This document shows positions 1 to 9,265 of a stretch of DNA of 64,000 bases, piece after piece. Positions within the stretch are counted from its first letter, which is position 1. Each line of letters begins with the position of its first letter. Both the position numbers and the translations under genes were made by a program. The DNA lies in the NCBI GenBank assembly GCA_003173865.1, contig PJMF01000010.1, positions 19,088 through 83,087 of the forward strand, in the 5' to 3' direction. This DNA comes from Minisyncoccota bacterium. GTDB lineage: Bacteria; Patescibacteriota; Microgenomatia; UBA1400; PJMF01. The notes beneath the pieces are model-generated. The model searched no databases. It was not told the origin of the DNA and worked only from the letters and a program-made list of their open reading frames with translations.

Positions 1-463
1 CTCCTGCACGTAAAACGTTGTGTGCGCGTCGCACATCTTCGCTTTGTCTGATCATGTATTGATCTTCATCTAAAGGAAAATTAAAAACCTGATGTTGTGA
101 AGCGCGAAAAACGTGAGTATTCTCCCGAATGCAGCCAAGCGCCGAAAGCACTTCTTGAACTTGATGTTGCACTGCGGCACTGACATCATTTACTTGATTA
201 ATCCTGGTTTCAGCAAGATGAGCTTGCGTGTGCAAATCGGCAACAAGAACATGAATACTCGCATGAGGCAAATGGTGTTGGATTTCTCTTGCCAAACATA
301 ACATTGGGAGCGCATTAATACCCAAACCATGAGTTAACTCACCTTTAAATAATAGACCGATACCCATGAAAATGTTTTGATGCGTTTCGGTCTCTCGTTG
401 TGATGGTTCAACGGCAACCACCACTTCTCTCATGCGTTGTTGAATTTGTTCTACCATTTGCAT
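1..463 (-). CDS. Class Ic aaRS (TyrRS/TrpRS)-like protein, partial (runs off window)
   Basis: Absent from the ORF track. Hand translation MQMVEQIQQR...IFMGIGLLFKGELTHGL...HVLVADLH...YMIRQSED shows ADLH and YxxxQxxD motifs with a degenerate HIGH; GGGGGAG RBS; T-box upstream. Confidence 0.65.
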   Translation of the reverse strand, partial: MQMVEQIQQRMREVVVAVEPSQRETETHQNIFMGIGLLFKGELTHGLGINALPMLCLAREIQHHLPHASIHVLVADLHTQAHLAETRINQVNDVSAAVQHQVQEVLSALGCIRENTHVFRASQHQVFNFPLDEDQYMIRQSEDVRRAHNVLRAG

Positions 464-483
464 ACGCTCCCCCTTTTTTAAAT

Positions 484-832
484 AAATAAAACGCCCATGT
501 ATCCACATCCGTAAAAGATGCAAATACACGGGCGTATAGGGAACGCGGTACCACCGTGCTTTCATAGTTTTGGTTTAAGTACAAAAAATCCCGCCACTGC
601 GGGACTCGAAACAAACCAAGACTATGCTTGTTGTTCGAGCACTCTGTTTCTGTCGTGACATGCTCTAGCGCTATAATGGGCGCTCCCATTCCGTGCTACT
701 ATCTTGAAGTTCAAGAATTGGTTTGGACTGCTCGGGAAGGTATTTCAGTTTTCTCAAGCTTGTTCAGCTTTCACCACCCGCTGAATCTCTCGTTACCACT
801 TGAGGACTTACTTGGTCTTCCGTCACTGCTTT
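484..832 (-). promoter_or_regulatory. T-box riboswitch (full Stem I, transcriptional terminator)
   Basis: Minus strand: GCAGTGA...GAGC K-turn, AGTA, AGAGA and GGTGAAA loops, specifier strand GAAATAC, T-box AAAGCACGGTGGTACCGCG (core 544-555), terminator ACGCCCGTGTATT/GATACATGGGCGT followed by a T-rich tract. Confidence 0.92.
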
Positions 833-912
833 ATATATTTACTTGTTGAATTATTTTACTATGTAAGTAGGGTTAGTCAATCTTTTTTTACGTTTTAGGT
901 AAAGCGAAGAGA

Positions 913-1149
913 TTAATCTTCTGGCATCGCCGCAAAATCACTTTGCATTTTCTGATACCATTCCATACCACCTGCAGGATTTTTCCACCTTTCATCCATC
1001 ATTGCCAAAGCGGCCTTGTGAGATTCATCGCCATTGGCCACCATTTCTCTCAGATGCTTGTCACCAGCTTTAATAATTTCATCGGCGGTGTTTCCTTGCA
1101 TAGCCATATCGCACGGTCCACCCATTTGTTTACATGTCATCGTTTTCAT
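913..1149 (-). CDS. DUF1059-like small protein
   Basis: MKTMTCKQMGGPC...H pattern; start moved to the second ATG. Confidence 0.7.
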   Translation of the reverse strand: MKTMTCKQMGGPCDMAMQGNTADEIIKAGDKHLREMVANGDESHKAALAMMDERWKNPAGGMEWYQKMQSDFAAMPED

Positions 1150-1218
1150 AATTGTTACTCCTTCTCTCAAATTTTAACATTAATAAAGTAATTGTAGACT
1201 TTGTAGTTGATACTATAC

Positions 1219-1800
1219 TTAAATTTCCTTTTCTATCTTCTCAATAGTTTCCTCCAAAATTAAATCTCTGAAAATGCGTAGTGTCCGAGAAAACTCAACT
1301 TTGTCGTACGCATAAGAATAGTTAAAGTCATACTCTTTTTCATCCCATGACCTAATATCTGCTTCATTATGTTGAATCAGCACTTCTAATTTATCTAATG
1401 CGACTGCAAACTTTGCTTCAGGCGTGACCCTTGCTTCGAACTCGTGCCACAGTTCTATGAACTCCTTCGCTGTGTATTCAGGCAGGTCTTTTGTTAGCTT
1501 TTTCAAAGCTGCAAACTCTTGTTCATGTTTATTCGCTGGTATATCTCCAAATGCCCAAGAGTCTCCAGCGTAAACTTCAGCAAGGTCATGAATCAGTATC
1601 ATTTTTAGTACTTTTTCGATATCCACTTTAAAATCTAACTCTTTGTAGATGACTAATCCCATCAACGCCATTCTCCACGTGTGCTCAGCAACACTTTCTT
1701 GCCTGCCATTAGACAACCAGCTGTGGCGAAGCAGTTTTTTCAAACCTTCAACTTCATGAAGAAAATCATGGATGTGTGCAAGCTGAGTGATGGAGTTCAT
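1219..1800 (-). CDS. HD-domain phosphohydrolase (HD_3/YfbR-like)
   Basis: ESVAEHTWR, IHDLAE, ALDKLE. Confidence 0.9.
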   Translation of the reverse strand: MNSITQLAHIHDFLHEVEGLKKLLRHSWLSNGRQESVAEHTWRMALMGLVIYKELDFKVDIEKVLKMILIHDLAEVYAGDSWAFGDIPANKHEQEFAALKKLTKDLPEYTAKEFIELWHEFEARVTPEAKFAVALDKLEVLIQHNEADIRSWDEKEYDFNYSYAYDKVEFSRTLRIFRDLILEETIEKIEKEI

Positions 1801-1809
1801 TTTTAATAA

Positions 1810-2070
1810 TTAAATATTAACTTCTTGACCCGTCAAACCACCAATCAGCGGTCCATTAGGCTGATTTAAATCAATATCGAGAACTTTTGAGCTTTCTTGA
1901 TCACTTTCATAAACTACTAGGCTTATTATTCCAGTAGTAAGGCCTAATCTCTCACATAAAGCGAAAAAATTCTTTTTCAGTTCATCAAGATCCTGTCCCT
2001 TCACGTTGCAATCAATAAATTCCTGACCCGAACTTTCTATTTCAAAATAACCTGAAAATGACATATTCAT
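1810..2070 (-). CDS. Hypothetical protein
   Basis: 86 aa ORF with AGGA RBS, co-oriented with its neighbour. Confidence 0.55.
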   Translation of the reverse strand: MNMSFSGYFEIESSGQEFIDCNVKGQDLDELKKNFFALCERLGLTTGIISLVVYESDQESSKVLDIDLNQPNGPLIGGLTGQEVNI

Positions 2071-2120
2071 TTCCTTTCTGACTCTGAAAGCTTATCACAG
2101 AATATGAGATAATCACCAAC

Positions 2121-3167
2121 ATGAAAGCAAAATCATTCGCAGCCCCGTCTGCAACCCAACCACTTGAATACTATGAATTTAATCGCCGAGAACCTACTCC
2201 TACAGACGTAGAAATCGATGTTCATTTCTGTGGAGTATGTCATAGCGACATACATACTGCTCGTGGCGATTGGGGTGAAGTAGCATATCCCTGTGTTCCC
2301 GGTCACGAAATTGTCGGTATTGTCAGTCGAGTTGGTAAGGCAGTAACGCAGTTTAAACCTGGAGACTCCGTGGGTGTAGGGTGCATGGTCAATAGCTGTG
2401 GCAAGTGTGAAGCTTGTAAAAGAGGATTTGAAAATTCTTGTTTTCAGGAAATAACTTGGACGTATAGTTCCAAAGATCCAATCGATGGAACAGATACTAA
2501 AGGTGGATACTCAACTTTAATTGTGGTGCCACAACACTTTGTGCTTCAACTCCCTAAATCACTTGACATGCCCCACGCTGCACCTTTGCTTTGTGCAGGC
2601 ATTACTACATACTCGCCATTAAACCACTGGAAAGTTGGTCCTGGCATGAAAGTAGGAGTGATAGGGCTTGGCGGATTGGGACACATGGGTGTTAAGTATG
2701 CTAAAGCGATGGGCGCTAAAGTTTGGGTCATTACTTCTTCACCTGAAAAAGTTGTAGCTGCCAAGTCATATCATGTGGACGGTGTAGTAGTATCAAGTGT
2801 AAAAGAAGAAATGGAAGCCGCATCACATACATTCGATTTTTTACTTGATACAATTCCTAAAGCACATGACCTTTCCCCCTACCTAAAGCTTCTTAACATT
2901 CATGGTACGCTTTGCTTAGTCGGACCCATCGAACCAATGCCCGGATTTCACTCTAGTGCAGTGATTAATGGTCAAAAATCAATTGCTGGATCAGGAATCG
3001 GTGGTATTAAAGAAACTCAAGAAATGCTTCAATACAGCAGTGAGAAAAACCTTCTTCCTGAAATTGAAATCATTACTATGGATGAGATTAATAAAGCCTG
3101 GGAATCAATGACACATAAGCAAATGTCTAAACGGTATGTGATAGATATAAAGAAGTCATTTCAGTAA
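2121..3167 (+). CDS. Zn/NADP-dependent alcohol dehydrogenase (CAD/YahK-like)
   Basis: CHSD, GHE, CxxCxxC, PLLCAGIT, GLGGLG. Confidence 0.95.
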   Translation: MKAKSFAAPSATQPLEYYEFNRREPTPTDVEIDVHFCGVCHSDIHTARGDWGEVAYPCVPGHEIVGIVSRVGKAVTQFKPGDSVGVGCMVNSCGKCEACKRGFENSCFQEITWTYSSKDPIDGTDTKGGYSTLIVVPQHFVLQLPKSLDMPHAAPLLCAGITTYSPLNHWKVGPGMKVGVIGLGGLGHMGVKYAKAMGAKVWVITSSPEKVVAAKSYHVDGVVVSSVKEEMEAASHTFDFLLDTIPKAHDLSPYLKLLNIHGTLCLVGPIEPMPGFHSSAVINGQKSIAGSGIGGIKETQEMLQYSSEKNLLPEIEIITMDEINKAWESMTHKQMSKRYVIDIKKSFQ

Positions 3168-3175
3168 AGACTACT

Positions 3176-3547
3176 ATGAACACCAATCCTGTAAATTGGT
3201 TTGAACTTCCAGCTCTAGACTTAGTGCGTGCAAAGAAGTTTTATGAGGAAGTATTTGGTTTTGAGATGGAACCTGAAACAAATGCAGGTTATGAAATGCT
3301 CTCATTTCCGATGCAAAGAGGCGGTGTCGGAGCCACTGGTGGTTTAATGAAAGGGTTCGGGTACAAACCAAGTCTTGAGGGAACAACCGTTTATTTAGAC
3401 ACAGATAATATTGACGAAATTGAACGAAAAATCCTCTTAGCTGGTGGAAAAATACACGTCCCTAAAAAAAGTATCGGAAAATACGGCTATATATCCATTT
3501 TTGAAGACAGTGAAGGTAATCGCGTCGGACTATTTCAGAGAAAATAG
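3176..3547 (+). CDS. VOC/glyoxalase family protein
   Basis: VNWFELP, AKKFYE, DSEGN. Confidence 0.9.
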   Translation: MNTNPVNWFELPALDLVRAKKFYEEVFGFEMEPETNAGYEMLSFPMQRGGVGATGGLMKGFGYKPSLEGTTVYLDTDNIDEIERKILLAGGKIHVPKKSIGKYGYISIFEDSEGNRVGLFQRK

Positions 3548-3616
3548 GATTATACATGAACTCATGTATATCACAATCGCGCCACTTTCGCGCCATAATT
3601 AAGTTCGCGGCACCTC

Positions 3617-3751
3617 TCAAAAGTTTGCTTGAGCCGTGACACCTCCACTACCATTACCATGAGATCCTTTCCTCTTTCCAAGCAAAACAGTGTCATGACG
3701 AATAACAATTACACCAACACCTACTTTTGGTCTTATGCGATTGACTTTCAT
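3617..3751 (-). pseudogene. N-terminal NUDIX hydrolase fragment
   Basis: MKVNRIRPKVGVGVIVIRHDTVLLGKRKGSHGNG, stopping before the Nudix box. Confidence 0.75.
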
Positions 3752-3760
3752 TTTTTTTCG

Positions 3761-3859
3761 CTATTTTACCAGGCCATTCGGGAACTCAACCTGATCTTCA
3801 TACACTGACATCCATTTGTTTTGATATTTTGCAGTGTGTGATAATTGTTTGATGCTCAT
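3761..3859 (-). pseudogene. N-terminal NUDIX fragment, paralog of 33125-33664
   Basis: MSIKQLSHTAKYQNKWMSVYEDQVEFPNG versus MSIKQLSRIPKYKNKWMSVYEDEVEFANG; stops after 32 aa. Confidence 0.85.
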
Positions 3860-4356
3860 TGCTTTATCCAGTATCGATTTTTAAGCGCGCCATTTGGAAT
3901 TTGATATGTATCCTCTAACACCCCGCCATTTTTTTGAATAACTTTACTTGAACTAACATTGTCAACATCACATGTAACTAAAACATCTTTAATCCCTAGT
4001 TCGTGCGCCTTTTGAATTCCAAGCCGAAGTGCAAGTGTCCCGTATCCCTTATTCCGCTGCGTCGGCCGAATGTAGTAACCAATGTGGCCACCTTCATTTT
4101 TTAGCGACTCATTTAATTGATGACGAATATCCACTTGACCCAAAAACATATCACCATCAACGAGCCAGTACACTGTATGGGCAACATAGCCTACCGGTAA
4201 GTCAATCCCAAACGATTCATTACGAATACGAGTAATATAACTCTCAAAATCCTTATTTACATCTTCAGCTTTGAACCGAGAGTCAGGCTGATATTCCTCT
4301 AAAGCCTCAAGATAACTTTTTTTGTATTTCGTATCTGGAAGAACAAGTTCTGGCAT
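3856..4356 (-). CDS. GNAT acetyltransferase (COG3981-like)
   Basis: GGHIGYYIRPTQRNKGYG, VLVTCDVDNVSS. Confidence 0.9.
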   Translation of the reverse strand: MPELVLPDTKYKKSYLEALEEYQPDSRFKAEDVNKDFESYITRIRNESFGIDLPVGYVAHTVYWLVDGDMFLGQVDIRHQLNESLKNEGGHIGYYIRPTQRNKGYGTLALRLGIQKAHELGIKDVLVTCDVDNVSSSKVIQKNGGVLEDTYQIPNGALKNRYWIKQ

Positions 4357-4364
4357 AGATTTCG

Positions 4365-4820
4365 CTACGGTTTCACAATATGCCACGTACCATCTACACC
4401 GTCACCTTGCATATCACCCACTTTTTGATCCTTCGCGTAGTAGTAGAGGGGCATGTTTTTCCAGAGAAATTGCTTCGATCCATCTGCTCTCGTCATCACC
4501 GTGATGTTTGGCGGAAAAATCGATTGGGCGGTCGCGCCTGAAGTATAAAATGGCCAAAGCCTTGCACATGCAGCAGTACAGTTGCTTACTCCAGGTGTAT
4601 CTTTATCAAATGTATATAATGTCATTCCTTGAAAATCTGTCAGATAACTGCCTTTCGCGGTATCTGTCTTCGTGAGATAAATATTATCGGATGGTGCAGT
4701 AACTGCTTGTTGAGAAGCAGTCTGCATATTTTGCTGCGAAGCTAAACTGTCACTGGGTGCACTTTTTGCACAACCTGCCAAGAGAAATATTGAAAGAGTA
4801 AGTAGGAAAGTTTTTTTCAT
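4365..4820 (-). CDS. Secreted repeat lipoprotein (Lipoprotein_15/COG4315)
   Basis: Lipobox LAGC, GMTLYTFDKD, CxxLWP, PLYYYAKD, GDGVDGTW. Confidence 0.9.
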   Translation of the reverse strand: MKKTFLLTLSIFLLAGCAKSAPSDSLASQQNMQTASQQAVTAPSDNIYLTKTDTAKGSYLTDFQGMTLYTFDKDTPGVSNCTAACARLWPFYTSGATAQSIFPPNITVMTRADGSKQFLWKNMPLYYYAKDQKVGDMQGDGVDGTWHIVKP

Positions 4821-4876
4821 AAAAAACGAAGCATAAATCTTACAAAATTAATTGCCAAAAGCGAAAAGCTCTTGTT

Positions 4877-5452
4877 TTACATTCTCAGTTTTTCATCCGT
4901 CAGAAAGCAGTGATCTTCTTGAACAATCTGTTTCATTTGATCTGAAGAAATTCCGGCATCTCGAAAATCTCGTAACTCATATCCTCCTGAGCCAAGTTGA
5001 TACACCCAAGCACTAAATATTTTGTCTGGCTTGTTTATAAATATCAAAGAAATTTCTTTACCGCCACCAAGAGCCTGATTATTCACCGAATAAACCATAA
5101 ATTTACTTGAATAATATGTCTTGTCAAAATTTGCCAAGCCGTCTTTAAACTCCTTCGGATTGAGTCCCTTTACGACAAAATCTCCCACTCCTTCATGAGA
5201 CCCGTGAAGATAATTATCTAATGCAATGCGGACGTGCTGAATAGAAGGATCGCTGTAGGCATCGTACAGTTTTGATAAATCGTCTTGTGAAATTCCCGCT
5301 TCTTTTAAAGAACAATCACCGACCTTAACGTTAGGCGTCTCTACCGGGAATTTTTTTGTAAAAAAGAATTTGCTCGCAAGCAAAATAGTTCCTATTAGAA
5401 TTAATAAAACCACAACTAATAGACTGATCTTCCTTTTTTCCTGCTTTTTCAT
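4877..5452 (-). CDS. Membrane-anchored hypothetical protein
   Basis: N-terminal TM helix; TATAAT 6 nt before the ATG. Confidence 0.7.
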   Translation of the reverse strand: MKKQEKRKISLLVVVLLILIGTILLASKFFFTKKFPVETPNVKVGDCSLKEAGISQDDLSKLYDAYSDPSIQHVRIALDNYLHGSHEGVGDFVVKGLNPKEFKDGLANFDKTYYSSKFMVYSVNNQALGGGKEISLIFINKPDKIFSAWVYQLGSGGYELRDFRDAGISSDQMKQIVQEDHCFLTDEKLRM

Positions 5453-5505
5453 TCTTAAATTATATCAGGCTCCGTGTAAACGTAGGCAATTTCAGAAAAG
5501 TTCGT

Positions 5506-6417
5506 TTATTTAAAAATTTTTACTAAGTCAATTACCCAATCCTCATCCCCATCATATACCCCATCTAGGTATGATTCTCTTCCAACGTCTTTGTAGCCAA
5601 GTTTTTCGTATAAAGACTTTGCGCGAGGGTTTAGAGTTGGGTTAACTGCAACACTAATTTTTTCATATCCTTTTTCTTTAGCAATTTGTTCACACTTTTG
5701 AATAAGTTGTTTACCTAAACCTTGGCTTCTTTTATTCTCTACAATATAAAGATCTTGCATGTTAGGATAACCGGGTTCTGTTTCATTTCCTTTAAGTCGA
5801 AGAAGAACTTGACCTACAATCTCATTTTTGTTTTCAATCACTAAGAAAATAGCATCTTCTGTTTTCACCTTTTCAAGAGCTGTTTGAGCAGCAACTTGAT
5901 AATTTCTTCTGTGCTCTTCATCTTTAGGACGCTTCAATCTTGAAAGCTGAGGAGTATCTTCAGATCTTGCTGAACGAATGATTATTTCTAACTTCATCTT
6001 AAAAATTAAATAATTATCTTTATCTCTTCCATCTTCAATAAAACCTACCGAAGATAAAGCCTTTTGACTAATGAGGTTAGATTCTTCCACTCCAGCAAAT
6101 AACTCCACTACACCCAGTTCATATGCTTTATCAATTAAGGTTCGAAGTAGTTCTTTACTTAAACCCTTTCCTCTGTGCACGGGATCAATGTAAAATGAGA
6201 ATGAAGCAGTTTCATTTTTATATGTTTCTAAATCTACAAATCCAATCGGTTTTGCGTCTTTATAGACAATCCATTTAAACCGCGGAGTAGTATTCGGTCG
6301 ATTAAACCAACTATCGAAATCCATGTAAAAACCAAGTTCTTTCTGGCCTGCACTATCGCCAGTAAACCACTGTGTGATAAGTGATTGATCGGTAGAAGAG
6401 ATTGGTTTAAAAGTCAT
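5506..6417 (-). CDS. Tandem two-domain GNAT acetyltransferase
   Basis: Two motif-A signatures (RGKGLS, RSQGLG); N-terminal domain paralogous to 32668-33102. Confidence 0.85.
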   Translation of the reverse strand: MTFKPISSTDQSLITQWFTGDSAGQKELGFYMDFDSWFNRPNTTPRFKWIVYKDAKPIGFVDLETYKNETASFSFYIDPVHRGKGLSKELLRTLIDKAYELGVVELFAGVEESNLISQKALSSVGFIEDGRDKDNYLIFKMKLEIIIRSARSEDTPQLSRLKRPKDEEHRRNYQVAAQTALEKVKTEDAIFLVIENKNEIVGQVLLRLKGNETEPGYPNMQDLYIVENKRSQGLGKQLIQKCEQIAKEKGYEKISVAVNPTLNPRAKSLYEKLGYKDVGRESYLDGVYDGDEDWVIDLVKIFK

Positions 6418-6425
6418 TTTTTTAA

Positions 6426-7307
6426 TTAAGTTGATTTCATTAACCAATTCACCATTATCTCCGACAACTCTTTCTGCTGTTTGCTAAAAAAGTGGTCTGC
6501 TTCAGGAATTAAGTGATACTCAAACTCTGGCTTGAGTTTTCTAAGTAGATTGACCACTCCTGGGACATCTCCATAACAGTACTGATCCTTTTCTCCGTAA
6601 ACTACGAGTGTTGGTTTATTTACTGAAGTAAAGTAGCGAAAAAGTTTTTGACTAGATAATTTAATGCTCTGTATTGTCTCTAAAAAAGGAAAAACATTGT
6701 AATCGCCGTCTGGATTGGCAATATCATAAAAGCTGCCATAAGAAAAAATCTCGTTTGGCAGAAGCTCACAAATAATATTGTCCGATTTCCCTTGTGCAAT
6801 TTTCTCTTTTGCTTCTTGAAGAAGTCGTTCAAATTTTTCTTTTCCAAATGCTGTGTAATAAATTCCAACATCATCACCACCAGCAAGCAAAATATATTTG
6901 GCGACTTTATTTTGAGGTTTGTAATGGTGATACACACAAATCTTATTCGCGCCTGTTGACTCACCAACTAAATAAAATTCTGTATATCCTTTCTCTTCAA
7001 GAAAATGAACTGCTCCATCGATATCGTGAACGCAGTCTTTGATTTTTTCGTACGCCATACCAAAGCGTTTGGATGCAAGATTTTTAATGTAGTGAGCTCC
7101 TCTGTTGTTAAATAATAAATAAGAAATTCCTTTATCGTTTAAAGCATGAGCCTGCTCTTCCCGTATATCATCGCTATAGAACACTGAAGAACTCTCATTG
7201 CCGTGGAGATATATTGCTGCTTTTTGAGAGTTTTCTGACTCGTATAACATTCCTGGTAAAGTTAAACCATCGTCTGTTGTAATTTGTACTAATTTGGGAG
7301 CATTCAT
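6426..7307 (-). CDS. Alpha/beta hydrolase (DUF1749-like)
   Basis: GESTG nucleophile elbow, GEKD, ADH. Confidence 0.85.
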   Translation of the reverse strand: MNAPKLVQITTDDGLTLPGMLYESENSQKAAIYLHGNESSSVFYSDDIREEQAHALNDKGISYLLFNNRGAHYIKNLASKRFGMAYEKIKDCVHDIDGAVHFLEEKGYTEFYLVGESTGANKICVYHHYKPQNKVAKYILLAGGDDVGIYYTAFGKEKFERLLQEAKEKIAQGKSDNIICELLPNEIFSYGSFYDIANPDGDYNVFPFLETIQSIKLSSQKLFRYFTSVNKPTLVVYGEKDQYCYGDVPGVVNLLRKLKPEFEYHLIPEADHFFSKQQKELSEIMVNWLMKST

Positions 7308-7831
7308 GAAACTTTTCTTGGATACTGCGGGGGTATTCCATTGGGAAAATCTTTGACAACGTATCTATCCCCCTCGGGATGTTCAGGTGAGTTATCAATT
7401 AAATGTTCATCAGGACAAGCAAAAGTAAAATCGAGGGGAGTGTCACCAGTATTTCTTAATGAATGTACCTGGCCTTCCTGGACGTTGATGAAGTCTGCAG
7501 TTTTTACCGTTTTTGGTTCCTCCCATATAACTTCTCCATCTACTAGTCTTCCCAAATTCATCTCGCCATTATTTCCTGAGAGAATATGATAAGGTTCTTC
7601 TCCAATTAAATGATAATGAGGATTCACAAAATTCGGAGTAGTGGGACTGCTTGTAAATACGCGTGCTGCATGAAAATGATATTTGAGCCCTTCGGCAGTT
7701 TCGACTTCTATATGAGGAAGATTCACAATCGCTATTCCGGCAACCGGATCGGCAGTATGTTTTTCGTCTAAAAGCGGCTCCACTTCTTCGTGAGTTATTT
7801 TCAGTAGTTGGTCGTTAACGTTTTGAGACAT
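7304..7831 (-). CDS. Cupin domain protein
   Basis: PHYHxxGEExY and GQVHSLRN. Confidence 0.85.
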   Translation of the reverse strand: MSQNVNDQLLKITHEEVEPLLDEKHTADPVAGIAIVNLPHIEVETAEGLKYHFHAARVFTSSPTTPNFVNPHYHLIGEEPYHILSGNNGEMNLGRLVDGEVIWEEPKTVKTADFINVQEGQVHSLRNTGDTPLDFTFACPDEHLIDNSPEHPEGDRYVVKDFPNGIPPQYPRKVS

Positions 7832-7864
7832 ATCTTGTTGTGAGTCTGCTAAAGGTTTAAGCGT

Positions 7865-8494
7865 CTACGATTTTTCTTCTACTAACTTCTTTACTTCCTC
7901 AGTGAGGATATTTTTGATTTCATCTTCCGTCATCTCTCCGTTTACCCATTCAATAGGAACCATTTCAATATCTTGAAAATAGACTAAAGGTTCAAGAATC
8001 CACTTTTGTGTTACTTTGTATCTTTGTATCGCCTCATCCATACCTTGTTTGAGCGTAACCGACTTATTTTTAAGACAGCACGCAATATCTACATAATCTC
8101 GCCACACATTTCTTTTACCCAGAACGAAAAGCTTGGTAGAAAAAATATCAGCAACGGAAGCAAGTCTCGCACCATCTAATACCACTGTCTCATGAAGCAG
8201 CGGTGCTTTATCTTGAAAAACGGTTACTTTGATTCCATCCATAAATGCAGTGTATTGAGTATCTGACTGCAATCTTTGTTGTAATTCTTTTGGTTCGAGT
8301 GCAGATAAAAACTTATCAATAAAAGGAGATGTCACATTCTTCGTTATAACCCAATCAAGATCATATGATTTACGGCCACCAATTTGTAACGCCAAAGCTG
8401 TTCCACCAACCAGTGTTAGGTCAGAAAATTGAGCTGCCTTTTTGAGAATTTGCAAATGGCTCTGCGTAATCGTTTCAAGATGCCATTGAGACAT
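7865..8494 (-). CDS. AbiEii-like nucleotidyltransferase toxin
   Basis: LVGGTALALQIGGRKSYDLD, K...R...RDYVD. Confidence 0.88.
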   Translation of the reverse strand: MSQWHLETITQSHLQILKKAAQFSDLTLVGGTALALQIGGRKSYDLDWVITKNVTSPFIDKFLSALEPKELQQRLQSDTQYTAFMDGIKVTVFQDKAPLLHETVVLDGARLASVADIFSTKLFVLGKRNVWRDYVDIACCLKNKSVTLKQGMDEAIQRYKVTQKWILEPLVYFQDIEMVPIEWVNGEMTEDEIKNILTEEVKKLVEEKS

Positions 8495-8774
8495 ATTTTT
8501 CTCTTGCTAAGTTTTGCTGATTCATATTTAACAGAAAATTACTGACAAAAGAAAAAGAACGGTCAGTATATATTTTCTCTGGTGAATGAACAAAAATCTC
8601 TTTGAGAGTAGGAAGGGAATAGGTTTGCTTTAACCACACAAATGCATCCAAATCGCCGTAGTTTAAAAGTTGATGAATAATGTAGCGACGGTGTTTTTGA
8701 AGATCAAGCTTGGAAAAGTCTGCAGACCAAAGGTAAGTCTTAAATGAGGTGGGTAAAGAAGAATTATTTTCCAT
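8475..8774 (-). CDS. DUF6922-like putative antitoxin
   Basis: LWSADFSKLD...YIIHQLLNYGD...W; overlaps the toxin start. Confidence 0.8.
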   Translation of the reverse strand: MENNSSLPTSFKTYLWSADFSKLDLQKHRRYIIHQLLNYGDLDAFVWLKQTYSLPTLKEIFVHSPEKIYTDRSFSFVSNFLLNMNQQNLAREKYVSMAS

Positions 8775-8831
8775 TTTTCCTATTATAGCGTAAACTTATC
8801 CTTATTTCACTTGAGAAAGGAGAGAGTTCAT

Positions 8832-9209
8832 ATGAATAAACCAATTATTGTATTAGACCGAGCAGTAACGCTAAGCGAGATGATTTATGGAGTAACTGAC
8901 AGGTTAAAAGACAAAGAACATTACGGAAAATCCGGTGCCGCTAGCAATCTTCGAAACTTGTCAAATAAACTCGTTCATAATATTAGAGAAGGATGGTACT
9001 TGAAACATGGATTAAAACAAGTAAATTACTTTCACAAGGCTGTAGGTAATGCGGAGGAAATTTCTAGATTTATTAATATCTCTATTCAACTGGATAATGC
9101 TCAAGAAATTTGGGAAGAGCCCAAAAATCTTTTGCTTAAAGATCTTTTACCTCTTTTAAAAAACTTGCTCCGTACTGCTCGCAATAACGTCGTAAGCAGA
9201 GTCGAATAA
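8832..9209 (+). CDS. Four-helix-bundle protein (23S rRNA IVP family)
   Basis: KEHYG...NIREG...AVGNAEE pattern. Confidence 0.7.
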   Translation: MNKPIIVLDRAVTLSEMIYGVTDRLKDKEHYGKSGAASNLRNLSNKLVHNIREGWYLKHGLKQVNYFHKAVGNAEEISRFINISIQLDNAQEIWEEPKNLLLKDLLPLLKNLLRTARNNVVSRVE

Positions 9210-9261
9210 GAGAACCTTTTCTAATAGTTCGATCAACATCGAAAAAAGCGTAGGTTTTCAT
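9136..9261 (-). pseudogene. N-terminal HAD-IB hydrolase fragment
   Basis: MKTYAFFDVDRT (HAD motif I), then runs into the convergent gene and stops. Confidence 0.6.
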
Positions 9262-9265
9262 TTTT

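Noticed and set aside
408-849. ORFs 408-689 and 628-849
   Set aside because: They overlap the T-box leader and show no protein features.
8832-9209. Four-helix bundle as the Avd of a diversity-generating retroelement
   Set aside because: No reverse transcriptase or TR/VR pair seen in the window.
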